A stretch of 63,972 bases of DNA, the filler included, from Octopus bimaculoides (Eukaryota): the NCBI RefSeq assembly GCF_001194135.2. It is 4 parts of 3 records of this genome, joined end to end, with 100 filler letters (N's around TTAATTAATTAA, not from the genome) between each part and the next. Parts side by side here need not be neighbours in the genome. Positions count along the whole stretch, not along the records: positions 30,687 to 53,618 come from NC_068986.1; positions 53,719 to 60,677 come from NC_068990.1; positions 60,778 to 63,972 come from NC_068981.1; 1 more part is not named here. The stretch is one strand, 5' to 3'. Positions 52,500-63,972 of this stretch are shown piece after piece. Under the pieces are notes generated by a model that did not search any database, had not been told where the DNA came from, and saw nothing but the letters and a program-made list of their open reading frames with translations. The position numbers were made by a program, and so were the translations under genes. Every line of letters starts with the position of its first letter. Within the stretch, counting starts at the first letter, position 1.

Positions 52500-54049
52500 T
52501 ATAAATGGATTTGTGTGCTTGTAATGTTCAGTAAACTTGTGTGCATGTAATTTTCTATTAGCCTGACAATACACACACACAAATCCATACATATACACAC
52601 ATGCATACCTACACACACACAGACACATGCACACCTCTAACTCATATCCATATAATATATCTCACAGAATTTAGCAATGTTTCCTTTTCCGAGTTCGATA
52701 AAATTAAATTCCAGTGAAATAATGAAAACTCTTTACACGGTTAATATGATTTTTTTTTTCTTGTTGAAATGAGGTTTCTTCAAGTAACACAACAACAGCT
52801 ATGATTTCCTCGCGACATTCCTTTTAATGCTGTTTGCTTTGTGAAAAATATAGCCCGCAATGCTTAGAATATTTTGAAAGTTATACACCACAACGTCTAC
52901 AATATTTACAAATTATACTGTATAGTAGTAAGAAGAATGGGCTTGTGTAACATTAGCTTTGGAGCAAGATCACAGAAGAGAAATGTATTAAAAATGAGTA
53001 ATAGATACATAAATGATAAATTCCACTACAGCAGAATTTGTACCCGGATCCTGTAGAGTTTCATTGTATATATATACATCATTATACATCATTGTAATCT
53101 GAACCACTACTATTTACACAAATATTTTCTATCTATTTATAGATTATTGATTTCTTGTGGGCGTAATTGATTTTGTATAGCAACACAAGGTTCTAAATTT
53201 ACATGTGGAGAGAAATGAGAAGGAATATATTACACTCATTAATGGAGTACATTAAGGCAAGGGATCCCAAGGAAGATGAATAAAATTGGGTTAAGAAATC
53301 GTTTCACAGAATATTTAAAGGATTTTTTTTCTACAACACTTATAAATAATGTACGTTAAGTCGGATATTATCACTCCATACCAAAAACACGAAAAAAGAA
53401 AAAAATTAAAGGAGAAATGAAAAAAAAACAGTTGCCAACAGATATATCCTTAAATAGAGATTAGTACGGACTATGATTTTCTGCATATTTCCCTCTCTTT
53501 CTCTCTCTCTTTCACACACACACACACATATAAGCACATAAACTCTCCCTCTCTCTCTCATACATAACTCTTCCTCTGTCTCACACACACTCACTTTCTC
53601 TCCCTCGATATATATATANNNNNNNNNNNNNNNNNNNNNNNNNNNNNNNNNNNNNNNNNNNNTTAATTAATTAANNNNNNNNNNNNNNNNNNNNNNNNNN
53701 NNNNNNNNNNNNNNNNNNGGTGGTGGTGGTGGTGGTGGTGGTAGTGGTGGTATGGTGTGGCAGTACAGGTGTGTTGGAGATGTGGTGGAAGTGGTGTTGT
53801 TGGCGGAGGTGGTGTTGTCGGTGGTGGAATAGAGTTGAAGAGGTTGATTTTTTGTGGTGGGGGCACAGTGCGGTGGTAATGGGCATTCCGGAGGCTGTTT
53901 GGATGGTGGTAGTTGTGTTAGTGATGATAATAGTGATGAATATGAGATTGATGGTGCTAGCCATGATTTGATGTTGATGATGCTGTGACTCGCGATAGAA
54001 GTGATTTTTGGAATGGAATTGGTTTTGTTATTTTGAGTGGTGTTATTAT

Positions 54050-54720
54050 ATTTTATACTTTAGCTTGATTTCGGAGCACTTTAGTTACTGGCCGGGTCTC
54101 TACGAAAGACCTAAGGCTAGTAATAACTACGTTATACTATGAACTTTCTCAAGAGGTGACCTATGGAGATAAGTGCAATCTTTTGGATACGTGTATGGTT
54201 GATTTTCTGGGGATTTTATCAATGCAGATTTAAGACCCTTTTTAACCCTTCCTAGTGCTCCTACTAGGAGTAACTGCTTTCAGTTCCCACATTCTGCTGA
54301 TTTCTATTCCTAGGTCCCTCTTTCAAGCTCACATTTTGAATTCTGTGACTGAGATACTTGGATCAGTTGGTACTGTCGTGTCTATTAGATAGGAAGCATT
54401 TTGTTGATAATCTTTGATAATAATATCAGGTCAATTGTCATTTATCTATCTGCCTGTATGGATGGTAAAATGTCACAGAACAGTCTAATATCTTCTGTCA
54501 CTGGTTTCGGGTGGAGTACACACCAGTTTTTAGGAAGGTGAATGTCATAATGCCGACAGACATTCCAATATAGGTACTGCCCTATTCGGTCATATCTGGT
54601 TTTGTATTCAGTTATTGCGAGTTTAGAGCATCCGACCACATTGTGGTCGATGGTTTCAATACCGTTATCACATAATCTACAGTTTCGGATCAGTATAATT
54701 GTGGAGAACGTCTGCATGGT
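54050..54720 (-). mobile_element. 5'-truncated R4/Dong-like LINE (restriction-like endonuclease clade), decayed
   Basis: CRLCDNGIETIDHNVVGC (CCHC-like), EYKTRYDRIG..YW, PDIII, LID..VP.D, DLGIEISRMW, VGALG. Confidence 0.8.
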
Positions 54721-54722
54721 GG

Positions 54723-54784
<62 letters not shown>

Positions 54785-54829
54785 AATTATTATTGTTGTT
54801 GTTGTTGTTGTTGCTGTTACTGTTGTTAA

Positions 54830-55045
54830 GGAACCAAGTTCTGGCAGAATCGTTAGCAGGCCGGACGAAATGCTTAGCGGTATTTCACCTGTCCTTACTT
54901 TCTGAGTTCAATTCCGCCGAGCTCGACTTTGCTTTTCACCCTTTCGGTGTCGATAAATTAAGTACCAGTGGAACACTAGGGTCAATGTAATCCAATAGGC
55001 CCCCTCCCCCCAAATTTCAGTCCTTGTGCCTTTAGTAGAAAGGAT
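54830..55045 (+). mobile_element. SINE family A
   Basis: CTGGCAGAATCGTTAGCAGGCCGGACGAAATGCTTAGCGG...CCTTGTGCCTTTAGTAGAAAGG. Confidence 0.9.
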
Positions 55046-55050
55046 CATCA

Positions 55051-55088
<38 letters not shown>

Positions 55089-55153
55089 TGTTGATGTTGT
55101 TCTTGTTATTTTTCTTGATACTTTTGTTGTTATTATTCTTGTTGCAGTTGTTG

Positions 55154-55188
<35 letters not shown>

Positions 55189-56124
55189 TCTCTTACTGGC
55201 GCTGGTGGAGGGGAAAGACCGTCCTTAATTTAAGTCGACATTTCAACAAATATTTTATGGTTCAATATCCTCGATATTATTTGACAAATACGGTATTTTT
55301 TGGAATTTTGTTATAACGTCTAATCAGCACGTGAAAGTGAAGCTGATGGATTTTATATTCCATTTTCCTTCTAAATCTACTAAAATTTCATTGCTTTATA
55401 TTTATTAACTTGCCAGATTTTGCCGTCTGAATTGACTGTTATACCAATTTTATATTTTATATAAAATACACTAGTAATTTGTGAGTCGAAAATTAACATC
55501 TTCTACTTGCAATACGATCTTTATGTACTGATGTAAAACAATACACCAAGATCATGTAAAGTAAACAAGCAAAAATAGTGGGGGGAGACTCGGTTTTACG
55601 ATAGGAGCTAATTACCTTGGGAAATATGTTCTTTCGTAGGAATTTGCCAAAGATCCAGTGATAATAATTGTAACCAATGTAAGCAGATTGACAGAATCAA
55701 TAAATTTAACCGACTCCGAAAAGTTGAGCAGCAAATATCACGTTGGCAGTATTCGAACTCAGAACGTAATGAGTCAGAATAAATAACGCAAGTAATTTTT
55801 TCCCGATGCTCTAGCGATTCAGACTGTATCTTTCAAATATTGCATACATAGGAGATATTACCACAGATGAAAACTGCAGTAATTGACCTGTTACTGATGC
55901 ATATGTATTAACTATATTACGTATATGCCATTTAATAGACGCAAGGCTTAGATTCGAGCTCCTCAAAGTTTCATGGTGTGAAAATATGATGGTCGGACAC
56001 GAATAACACTAATCGAAGGCCGGAATTAAATACCGTATGCATGAATTAACATTTACCAATGAATGAATAGAGTAAATGTGGTTGAGCACATCAGTAACAG
56101 AACAGTACATTATATGTGTGTGTT

Positions 56125-56171
<47 letters not shown>

Positions 56172-56189
56172 CTGTGTGAGAGAGAGAGA

Positions 56190-56309
56190 GAGCAGGAGTG
56201 GCTGTGTGGTAAGAAGTTTGCTTCCCAACCACATGGTTCCGGGCTCAGTCTCACAGCGTGGCACCTTGGGCAAGTGTCTCCTACTAAAGCCTCGGGCTGN
56301 NNNNNNNNN

Positions 56310-56367
<58 letters not shown>

Positions 56368-56560
56368 TATATATATTTGTGCGTCTGTGTTTGTCACCTT
56401 CAGCATCGCTTTACAACCGATATTGACGTATTTAGATCCCAGTAATATAGCCGTTCGGCAAAAGGGACTGATAGAATAAATACTAAGCTTACAAAGAATA
56501 GGCCCTGAAATTGATTTGTTCGAGTAAAGGCAGTGCACCAGTGAAATGACTGAAACAAGT
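56190..56560 (+). mobile_element. SINE family B (small internal gap)
   Basis: Head, CORE-like region, microsatellite and tail. Confidence 0.85.
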
Positions 56561-56602
56561 AAAAGATATATATATGCCTGCATATATGTGTGTGTGTGTA
56601 TT

Positions 56603-56641
<39 letters not shown>

Positions 56642-57195
56642 GAGAAATGAGGGCAGGGAATCGTCAATCAACAACAGAATCAACAATCAACAATCCCGCC
56701 AAGTAGTTCAGTATGAAATAAACCTTTATCGGTAAGACCATTTATCATCATAAATATAAGGGATTAGCAATTGAGTTGCTTCTCCAACATACTGAAAATT
56801 CAGAAACAGCAGTCAAAGAACTACTGATTCCAAACTACAAATTTTTCTCTAAAATGGATGGCGATATCTATGGCACATATAGAACAAAAAACCGGAGGGA
56901 AAAGCACAAACAAAACAAGCCTTTAGTTAATTGGGTACGAATCGTTTCATGGCTAAGCGAACGAAAACTTCACTATTCCAATCTTCAGCCCAAATATTCT
57001 GATAAATTTGAAAGTGTCTCTAAAAAAATTCACGGTAATCATTGGCCATGCGACACCAAAAATCAACGATAAGAAAGGCACTTANNNNNNNNNNNNNNNN
57101 NNNNNNNNNNNNNNNNNNNNNNNNNNNNNNNNNNNNNNNNNNNNNNNNNNNNNNNNNNNNNNNNNNNNNNNNNNNNNNNNNNNNNNNNNNNNNNN

Positions 57196-57263
<68 letters not shown>

Positions 57264-57554
57264 TTATGTATGTATGTACGTATATGTTATATTTTCCAAA
57301 TGTTTAATTGTCAGAGGGAAACCACGTAGGAACACTACCTTTAGTGGAATAAATTGTCAACAGTACTGTTTTGTTTTTCTTTTTAAACTTGTTACTTGTA
57401 CTATCGGTCTCCTGTCGAACAACTAGATTACGGGGTCGGAAATACACCAACAACGTCTGTCAAACAGTGATAGGGATAAAACGCAGACACAACGATTAAT
57501 GTACATGCACACACACCACGCACACGAACGCACTCACACGCACATACATACATA

Positions 57555-57720
57555 TAGATATACGACAGTTTTTCAGTTTCCGTCTATCAAATCCACTAAT
57601 AAAGCTCTAGTTGTCCCGATTATATATCAGTATATCAGAAGTCACTTGCCTAAGATGTCATGCAGTGGGACTAAAATCCAGAACTGTGAAGCTGGGAAGC
57701 AAGCTATTTACCCACATTGA
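57555..57720 (-). mobile_element. SINE family B, degenerate 5' part
   Basis: Reverse complement of head and CORE-like region. Confidence 0.6.
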
Positions 57721-58285
57721 CTATATCTTCTACAGTCACATATTTGGTAGCCATTGATAAGTGATGTGTTGATGTTAATAGTACACTATGAAATTTTAAA
57801 GATGGCGGAATAATTTCGCTTGTGTCCTTATCATCGTTCTCATCCAAATGAGAATATCAATCCTGACCTACAATCATTCTTGAGAATAAAAACTAGTGGA
57901 ATATGCCCGAAGAGAGTTTTCTGTCAATTAACTACGATTACTGTAGGGTCACAAATGTTAAGACACCGAATTGAAAACCCATGGTCAACGGGGAATATAT
58001 ATACAATAGGGGCAAAAAGACTTCTTCTTGGAGTATCTGTAGTCTAAAGAACAGGAAAGAAAGATAACTCGAAGATCCGTTATGGAAACTTTTGGATAAT
58101 ATGCACAATTCAGTGCCAACTTGTAGTAGTTCGGCTGAAGAACTAGTTAAGTGTTGTTCAGTGACTTGGAAATGTGTGTGCATATGTGTGAATGTGTGTG
58201 TGTGTATAACTAATATATAGATTGTGTGTATGTGTCTCTATAAATAACTATATTCATAAGTATACATATATACACATACACACAC

Positions 58286-58339
<54 letters not shown>

Positions 58340-59759
58340 ATATATATATAAATGTGCGTGCGCGTGTCTTTATGCATGTGGTTGAGTTTGTGTATGCGTG
58401 TGTGTGTGTGTGTAAACAGAGCACAGACAAACGTCACGTACATTCGAGCGCAAAGATTCATGCGCACACAGACGACAAGCAAAAGACCCAGAAACGCACC
58501 TACAAATACACACACAGATACGCACGCACAGACGGGAAACACAAAGCACATGCATGCACCTGTGCAAACTCCATACACAGACACATACATACACACACTC
58601 AAATATATATTCATATATATATATATNNNNNNNNNNNNNNNNNNNNNNNNNNNNNNNNNNNNNNNNNNNNNNNNNNNNNNNNNNNNNNNAATCTATACAT
58701 ACACCGACACACACACACACACATACACGTATACACACATATATACGAACTCATATATAGTAGCAACATAACACGGCTTGCTTTTTCTTCTCAACGCTCT
58801 CCCCCGCTACAAGTATATCTGATAAATGTATTTGAAGTGATTCTCTGCCACGGCTAGAATCACTTTTACACTTACACTTGGGAACAATCAGAGTCACATT
58901 AATCGGTTAGAATCTCCCGAGAGAAAGTGAAAATCTAGTTACGGACAACCAAAATAACTTATATTATTTCCTTTAGATGGATATTATTAATAAGGAGAGA
59001 GAAATCTACAGCTATAAAGGGATTTTGTTGGCATGTGTTTTTCTTAGAAGATTCATGAACATTACTTGGAATAAGAACAGTCAGAAATTTTTATTCAAAC
59101 CTATTGAGGAAATAACATGCTATTAAGACGTAAAATTGCGAAGATAACATGTGATGAAACTGGGATTGTCTTTTGGTATTTTACGAGATAACTTCTTTGG
59201 TAGAAGCCGAAATGACTCTTAATTTTCGAGAATAAAAAAATAAAAACACGACGCGGAGAATCTCTTTCGTTTTCGATGTTTGATATGAATGGTTTTATTC
59301 TGCTGTCTTTTATTAGTGATTTCTCTCCTCATGTATAAGTATCACTGAGAATACATATCGATAAGCTGATGTTTAGTTTCTATATAATTTTATTGTTTCA
59401 TTTATTTGGTAACTATATAATAATGTCTAACACTAAAAATCTATAATTTCAATTGTGACGACAAGTTTAGATTTGTAGCTATTGAACAAACTGGCTGGTA
59501 GTGAAAGAAAAAAAGAAGAAGAGGAAGAAACAGCTTTATATATTGAAGATATCTCGAAATGGATAAAACTTGTATTGATCTGATTATTTGTAACTTTTTA
59601 GTTCGTTTCTGTGGCGAACATTTCGTTATTTTTCTGGAAATAACTTACTTTACTCAACGTTTTCTTTATTTGCTTAGTATTTGAAAATATGCACCATACT
59701 ACATGCCAGTGCTACACTTTATAAAACTTATCATATCCATTAGGTGACATACATCTGTC

Positions 59760-60080
59760 TCCTAATGGCTCAGTAGTTAGAATGTCGGGCTCCTTCCTAA
59801 TCATGAGGTTGTTAGTTCGATTCCTGGACTTGGCTGTGTATTGTGTTCTTGAGCAAGACACTTTATTTCACGTTGCTCCAGTTCACGCAGCTGAGTTGTG
59901 AGTTGTGACGTCACTGGTGCCAAGCTGTATCGGCCCCTTTGCCTTCCTCTTGGATAACATCAGTGGTGTGGAGAGGAGAGACTGGTATGCATGGGCGACT
60001 GCTGACCTTCCATAAAGAACCTTGCCCGGACTTGTGCTTCGGAGGGGAATTTTCTAGGTGCAATCCCATAGTCACACATG
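59760..60080 (+). mobile_element. tRNA-derived CORE-type SINE, family E
   Basis: TGGCTCAGTAG..AGTTCGATTCC head; GTGTTCTTGAGCAAGACACTTTATTTCAC CORE-like segment. Confidence 0.8.
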
Positions 60081-60556
60081 ACATAAGGGAATATTTACTC
60101 CTTTAGCTAGAAATCAGAACAAGGCATAAGCACCGAAAATATTTATTTATATAGAATTTTAACACTCATATATAAATAACCCTTCCTAATCTTCATTAGC
60201 AGGTGTTTTTTACAAGGTAAGGACGCAAGGCATGCAATCCAAACCATGCATATGTGTGCGCGTGTATATATATATATATATATATCACTACACTTTTGAT
60301 CAAATTATTACTCTTTTGTCCCTATACACCTCCGTTCTAGTAGCCCCAGTTATCAACTGACAAATTGAACACAATGATTGAGACTCACAGCTCCAGATAT
60401 CCAATGAATTCTTAACCACTATAATGAATAATACCTTCTTCTATTCCGATCTCTGGACTGCCGATCTCTGGACAAACAAATAAAGGATAAAACATACATG
60501 CATATCCTATACATAGATACATACATGCTTCCATATCTATTTATTTATCTATCAAC

Positions 60557-60628
<72 letters not shown>

Positions 60629-60641
60629 ATACATATATATG

Positions 60642-60677
<36 letters not shown>

Positions 60678-60777
60678 NNNNNNNNNNNNNNNNNNNNNNN
60701 NNNNNNNNNNNNNNNNNNNNNTTAATTAATTAANNNNNNNNNNNNNNNNNNNNNNNNNNNNNNNNNNNNNNNNNNNN

Positions 60778-60950
60778 ATCCGGTTGCGGATCGATACCAA
60801 AAGCCAGTCACGAAGCCAAACATCCCTGAAAGTTTCATTCGAATCCATCCTGCGGTTCTTGAAATATTATGTCTACGAACAAACAAACAAACAAAGACGA
60901 CTGAAAGCAATAACTCCGCCTAAGCGAAGGCGGAGGTAATAAATAAAGAA
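60778..60950 (+). mobile_element. Helentron-associated-like non-autonomous element, 3' end
   Basis: GAAAGTTTCATTCGAATCC..(AAAC)n..terminal hairpin CTCCGCCT-aagcga-AGGCGGAG. Confidence 0.65.
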
Positions 60951-60968
60951 AGAAATCATTATTACTAC

Positions 60969-61014
<46 letters not shown>

Positions 61015-63616
61015 GGCGGATTAGGCACCGCCAATAATGGCTCCTGATGCACAGACACACTCTTAGGTTACGTCACCTGCACCGATTTCTGGACAGTGAG
61101 CGTGTACCCTTGTGGCAAATAAATGAAATTTTTTTTTTTTTTTTTTCTCTTTATCACAGGTTTTGTTGGAGCTCCTGGAGTCTTGCATGCGTAGCGGGCT
61201 TACTACCAGTAGCCTACAATACCATACTATCCGTTCTTTTCAGCTATCTGATACTTGAGGCCATAGCGGACTGCGGCGGTGGCAAGGCGCCGGGTCTCGA
61301 TGGTCTTCCCTACGAGCTATATAAAAGTATGCCAGACTTGTTTGGGGACATACTGGCTAGCGTTTACGCGAACTGGCAGCAGAACGGGTTTATCCCCAGG
61401 TCTGTTAGCCAGGGAGTTGTGGCGCTGGTCAAGAAGGACCCGGACAAGGGGATAATATAGATAATTTCAGGCCCATCACTCTGCTGAACGCAGAGATGAA
61501 GATTTTGGCCAAAGTGTTACCTAAAAGATTGACGCGTGTCGCGGATGGCCTGATCGGAGAGGCGCAAACCTGTGTAGTCCCGGGCAGAACCATCCAGGAT
61601 AATCTTCATCTTATACGCTACACTGTAGAAGAGTATGGAAAAAAATCTGTCAAAGGTGGGGCACTGGTCTATTTAGACCAAGCTAAAGCATTCGATAGAG
61701 TGGACCATCGGTACCTGGTTTCTGTTCGCGCGCGGTTCGGACTGGGTCTTGGTTTCCTCAGGTGGATCATACAGTTGTACGATAACATCGACTCGATCGT
61801 TCGGGTGAACGGCTTTTTCTCAAAGTCGTTCTGCTTCAAAAGGTCGGTTCGCCAAGGGTGTCCGCTCTCTCCGCTTTTGTACGTGATGGCTCTGGAGCCA
61901 TTACTGAAAAAGCTGAGCGGCATCCCGACGAATCCAGAAGGTGGGGGATCGGTTGCAGCATACGCGGACGACATCACTATCATTGTGACCAAGATGGAAC
62001 ACCTACATCAAGTAGATGAAACCATTAAGGTTTACAAGACGGTGGCAGGAGCAAAAATTAACCGGAAAAAGTCGGTCGGCTTACAACTCGGCACCTGAAG
62101 GAGCAAGTCGGTGCCTTCGAATAGCGTCGTAGGGCGCTGGACAGAGGGCCCGATTAAGTTGCTAGGAATCTGGTTTGGCCCAGATCTCCAGATAGAAAAG
62201 AACTGGTCTGAGGTTTCGAACAAGGTGACCCACATAGTCAGGACCTGGTCTTGGCAGTGGCTATCCTTGAAAGGAAGGGCGGAGGTGGCTAATCTGTTTA
62301 TCGCATCGGTCATCGTTTACCGCCTTTCCGTCGTGCCTTGTCCAGATTCATGGTTAAACAAGTTGGAGAGGCAGATCTTTCGCTTTTTGTGGAAGAACTC
62401 CGCNNNNNNNNNNATTCATGGTTAAACAAGTTGGAGAGGCAGATCTTTCGCTTTTTGTGGAAGAACTCCGCTCCACTTGTAAGACGTTCTATCTGCTGTC
62501 AAAAGCCGTTAAAGGGTGGATTAGGAATACCTTGGTTCTTGATGCGCAAGTATGCGCTGAGGTTCAGGCATCTCTTGCTCTACCTGGATGGTGAAAGGGT
62601 GTGGTCTCCGCTTGCTAGACGGATGTTCCCCAGCTTTACTAGTTTTGGTGGTAGAGAAGACTGGTTTCACCGAAGATCGAGGTTGGGTACCTGGTATACG
62701 GAGTGCCGCAAGGCGCTTCTCCAATGCCAGCGAGTTCGGTAACACCGCAGCTTTCTATAGTAGGTTGGTAGAGGCTGGAAATGATGATGCCCTGTGAAGA
62801 ACCCTCGGTCTCGATAATAATCAGTTAGCCTGTTCCGAAGAACTTTCGGGCCGAAGACACTGGATAACTTCCAAAAGTCTTTGGCCTGGCAGTGTTACCG
62901 AGGAGCCCTACCCGTTCGGGATAAACTCACGAGACACGGGCACCCTGGGCTGACGGCCTGTCCAAGATGCGGACAGGGTGTGGAAACCGTCCTGCATGCT
63001 ATTGTTCAGTGTCCGGGTATTTCAGAAGTGGGTTTATGCGGAACATCTGTTGTCTGATGGGAGAAGAGTACAGCTATCGTCTGAGTCAATTGTAAAAATT
63101 AACCCGCCGGATTTCCTGACGGAAGAAGGTAAGAATTGTTTTCTCGTAGTAGTAGTAGCAATTGCGAGAGAGGTGATATGGAAGTCGAGAATGAAAGGTA
63201 TCGTGACACATACCTGCGTCTCCGGCCTCACCCTCGTGAAAATGTTCACTTTTCACTTGAAAAGGAAGGTGGGGCTGGAAAGGAGGTGTTTGTCAGAGAG
63301 TGAGTTTAAAAAACGATGGACGCGTGTAGCACGCATGTTGGGAGTGAAAGGCCCTGCGTGAGCACGCTTGCGAAGCTAACAGTAAGTCGGTGTTAAAGAC
63401 AGGGCTCGTGGGGTCGGAGCATACCTGTTTTGAACACCTCATCTTGTAATTTATTGTTTGTAATTTATTGTTTGTAATTTACTGCTTGTAATTTATTGTG
63501 TTGAAATTCATTCGATTTCCTTACATACGTAAAATTTTATTATATCCGTTCGTATGTGACCTGATCATGTTGTGTTGTCCCCTCTATGCTGGCCCGGATG
63601 GGTAATAAAAAAAAAC
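61015..63616 (+). mobile_element. 5'-truncated Tx1/L1-clade LINE (RT + CCHC + 3'UTR + poly(A)), few disruptions
   Basis: KAPGLDGLPYELY, LDQAKAFDRVDH, VRQGCPLSPLLY, AAYADDITI, CPRCGQGVETVLHAIVQC; AATAAA/poly(A) at 63604-63616. A second short related fragment lies at 61015-61100. Confidence 0.92.
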
Positions 63617-63782
63617 ATCTCATCTAATCAGTTCGTGACAGTCACGAGGCCAGACACCCGTGAAAGTTTCATACGAACCCATCTAGCAGTTCTTGAGATA
63701 TCTTGTTCACGGATCCACAAACAAACAAACAAACACGACTGAAAAACAATACATCCGCCTTCGCTAAGGCGGAGGTAATAAT
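63617..63782 (+). mobile_element. Helentron-associated-like non-autonomous element, 3' end (related to 60778-60950)
   Basis: Alignable to the upstream copy; hairpin TCCGCCTT-cgct-AAGGCGGA. Confidence 0.65.
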
Positions 63783-63972
63783 AATCGGTATTTTTATTGC
63801 TGGTGGAGGTGTTTAATGACGTATTGTTTGTCCTAAAGATATTTTTCAACAAAGTTTAATCCGTACTTGAGCGTTGTCATGTCGAGGTTTCCATACTTCA
63901 GTTGATTCGATAACTTCAACCTCTCCATCTCTTTCTATCTCTGTCTCTCTCTCTCTCTCTCTCTCTATATAT

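Noticed and set aside
53719-53990. V/W/C-rich ORFs
   Set aside because: Degenerate (GGT)n low-complexity sequence.
60385-60465. Exon-like segment containing SLDIW, a candidate upstream BAIAP3 exon
   Set aside because: Stops in all three frames and a splice phase incompatible with the 47967 acceptor.
62345-62470. About 57-bp direct duplication around a 10-N gap in the Tx1 element
   Set aside because: Typical unmerged contig overlap.

Overview
AT-rich, microsatellite-saturated animal genomic DNA. The SINE/LINE families suggest a coleoid cephalopod, probably Octopus (inference). About 10% is N gaps, and three artificial 44N-TTAATTAATTAA-44N spacers (30587-30686, 53619-53718, 60678-60777) mark scaffold joins, so contiguity across them is uncertain. 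I found one clear host coding exon: 47967-47802 (-), the C2A-domain segment of a BAIAP3/Munc13-4 family protein. A possible TOP/TCT-type promoter and small, probably non-coding exons lie at about 4.2-8.1 kb (-). The rest is decayed mobile DNA: several tRNA-derived SINE families, CR1-, Tx1-, R4/Dong- and RTE-type LINE pieces, Penelope-like (PLE) RT and GIY-YIG fragments, mariner fossils and MITEs, a Helitron helicase with a nested Gypsy element, and Helentron-like non-autonomous elements. The most notable signal is hammerhead ribozyme (HHR) motifs from four unrelated families. The best is a 341-bp tandem repeat at 51095-51675 with a type I HHR in each unit, a retrozyme-like architecture that could release a circularisable RNA. 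A tRNA-headed SINE also carries a minimal PLE-type HHR in its tail. All structures were folded by eye; no searches were run.
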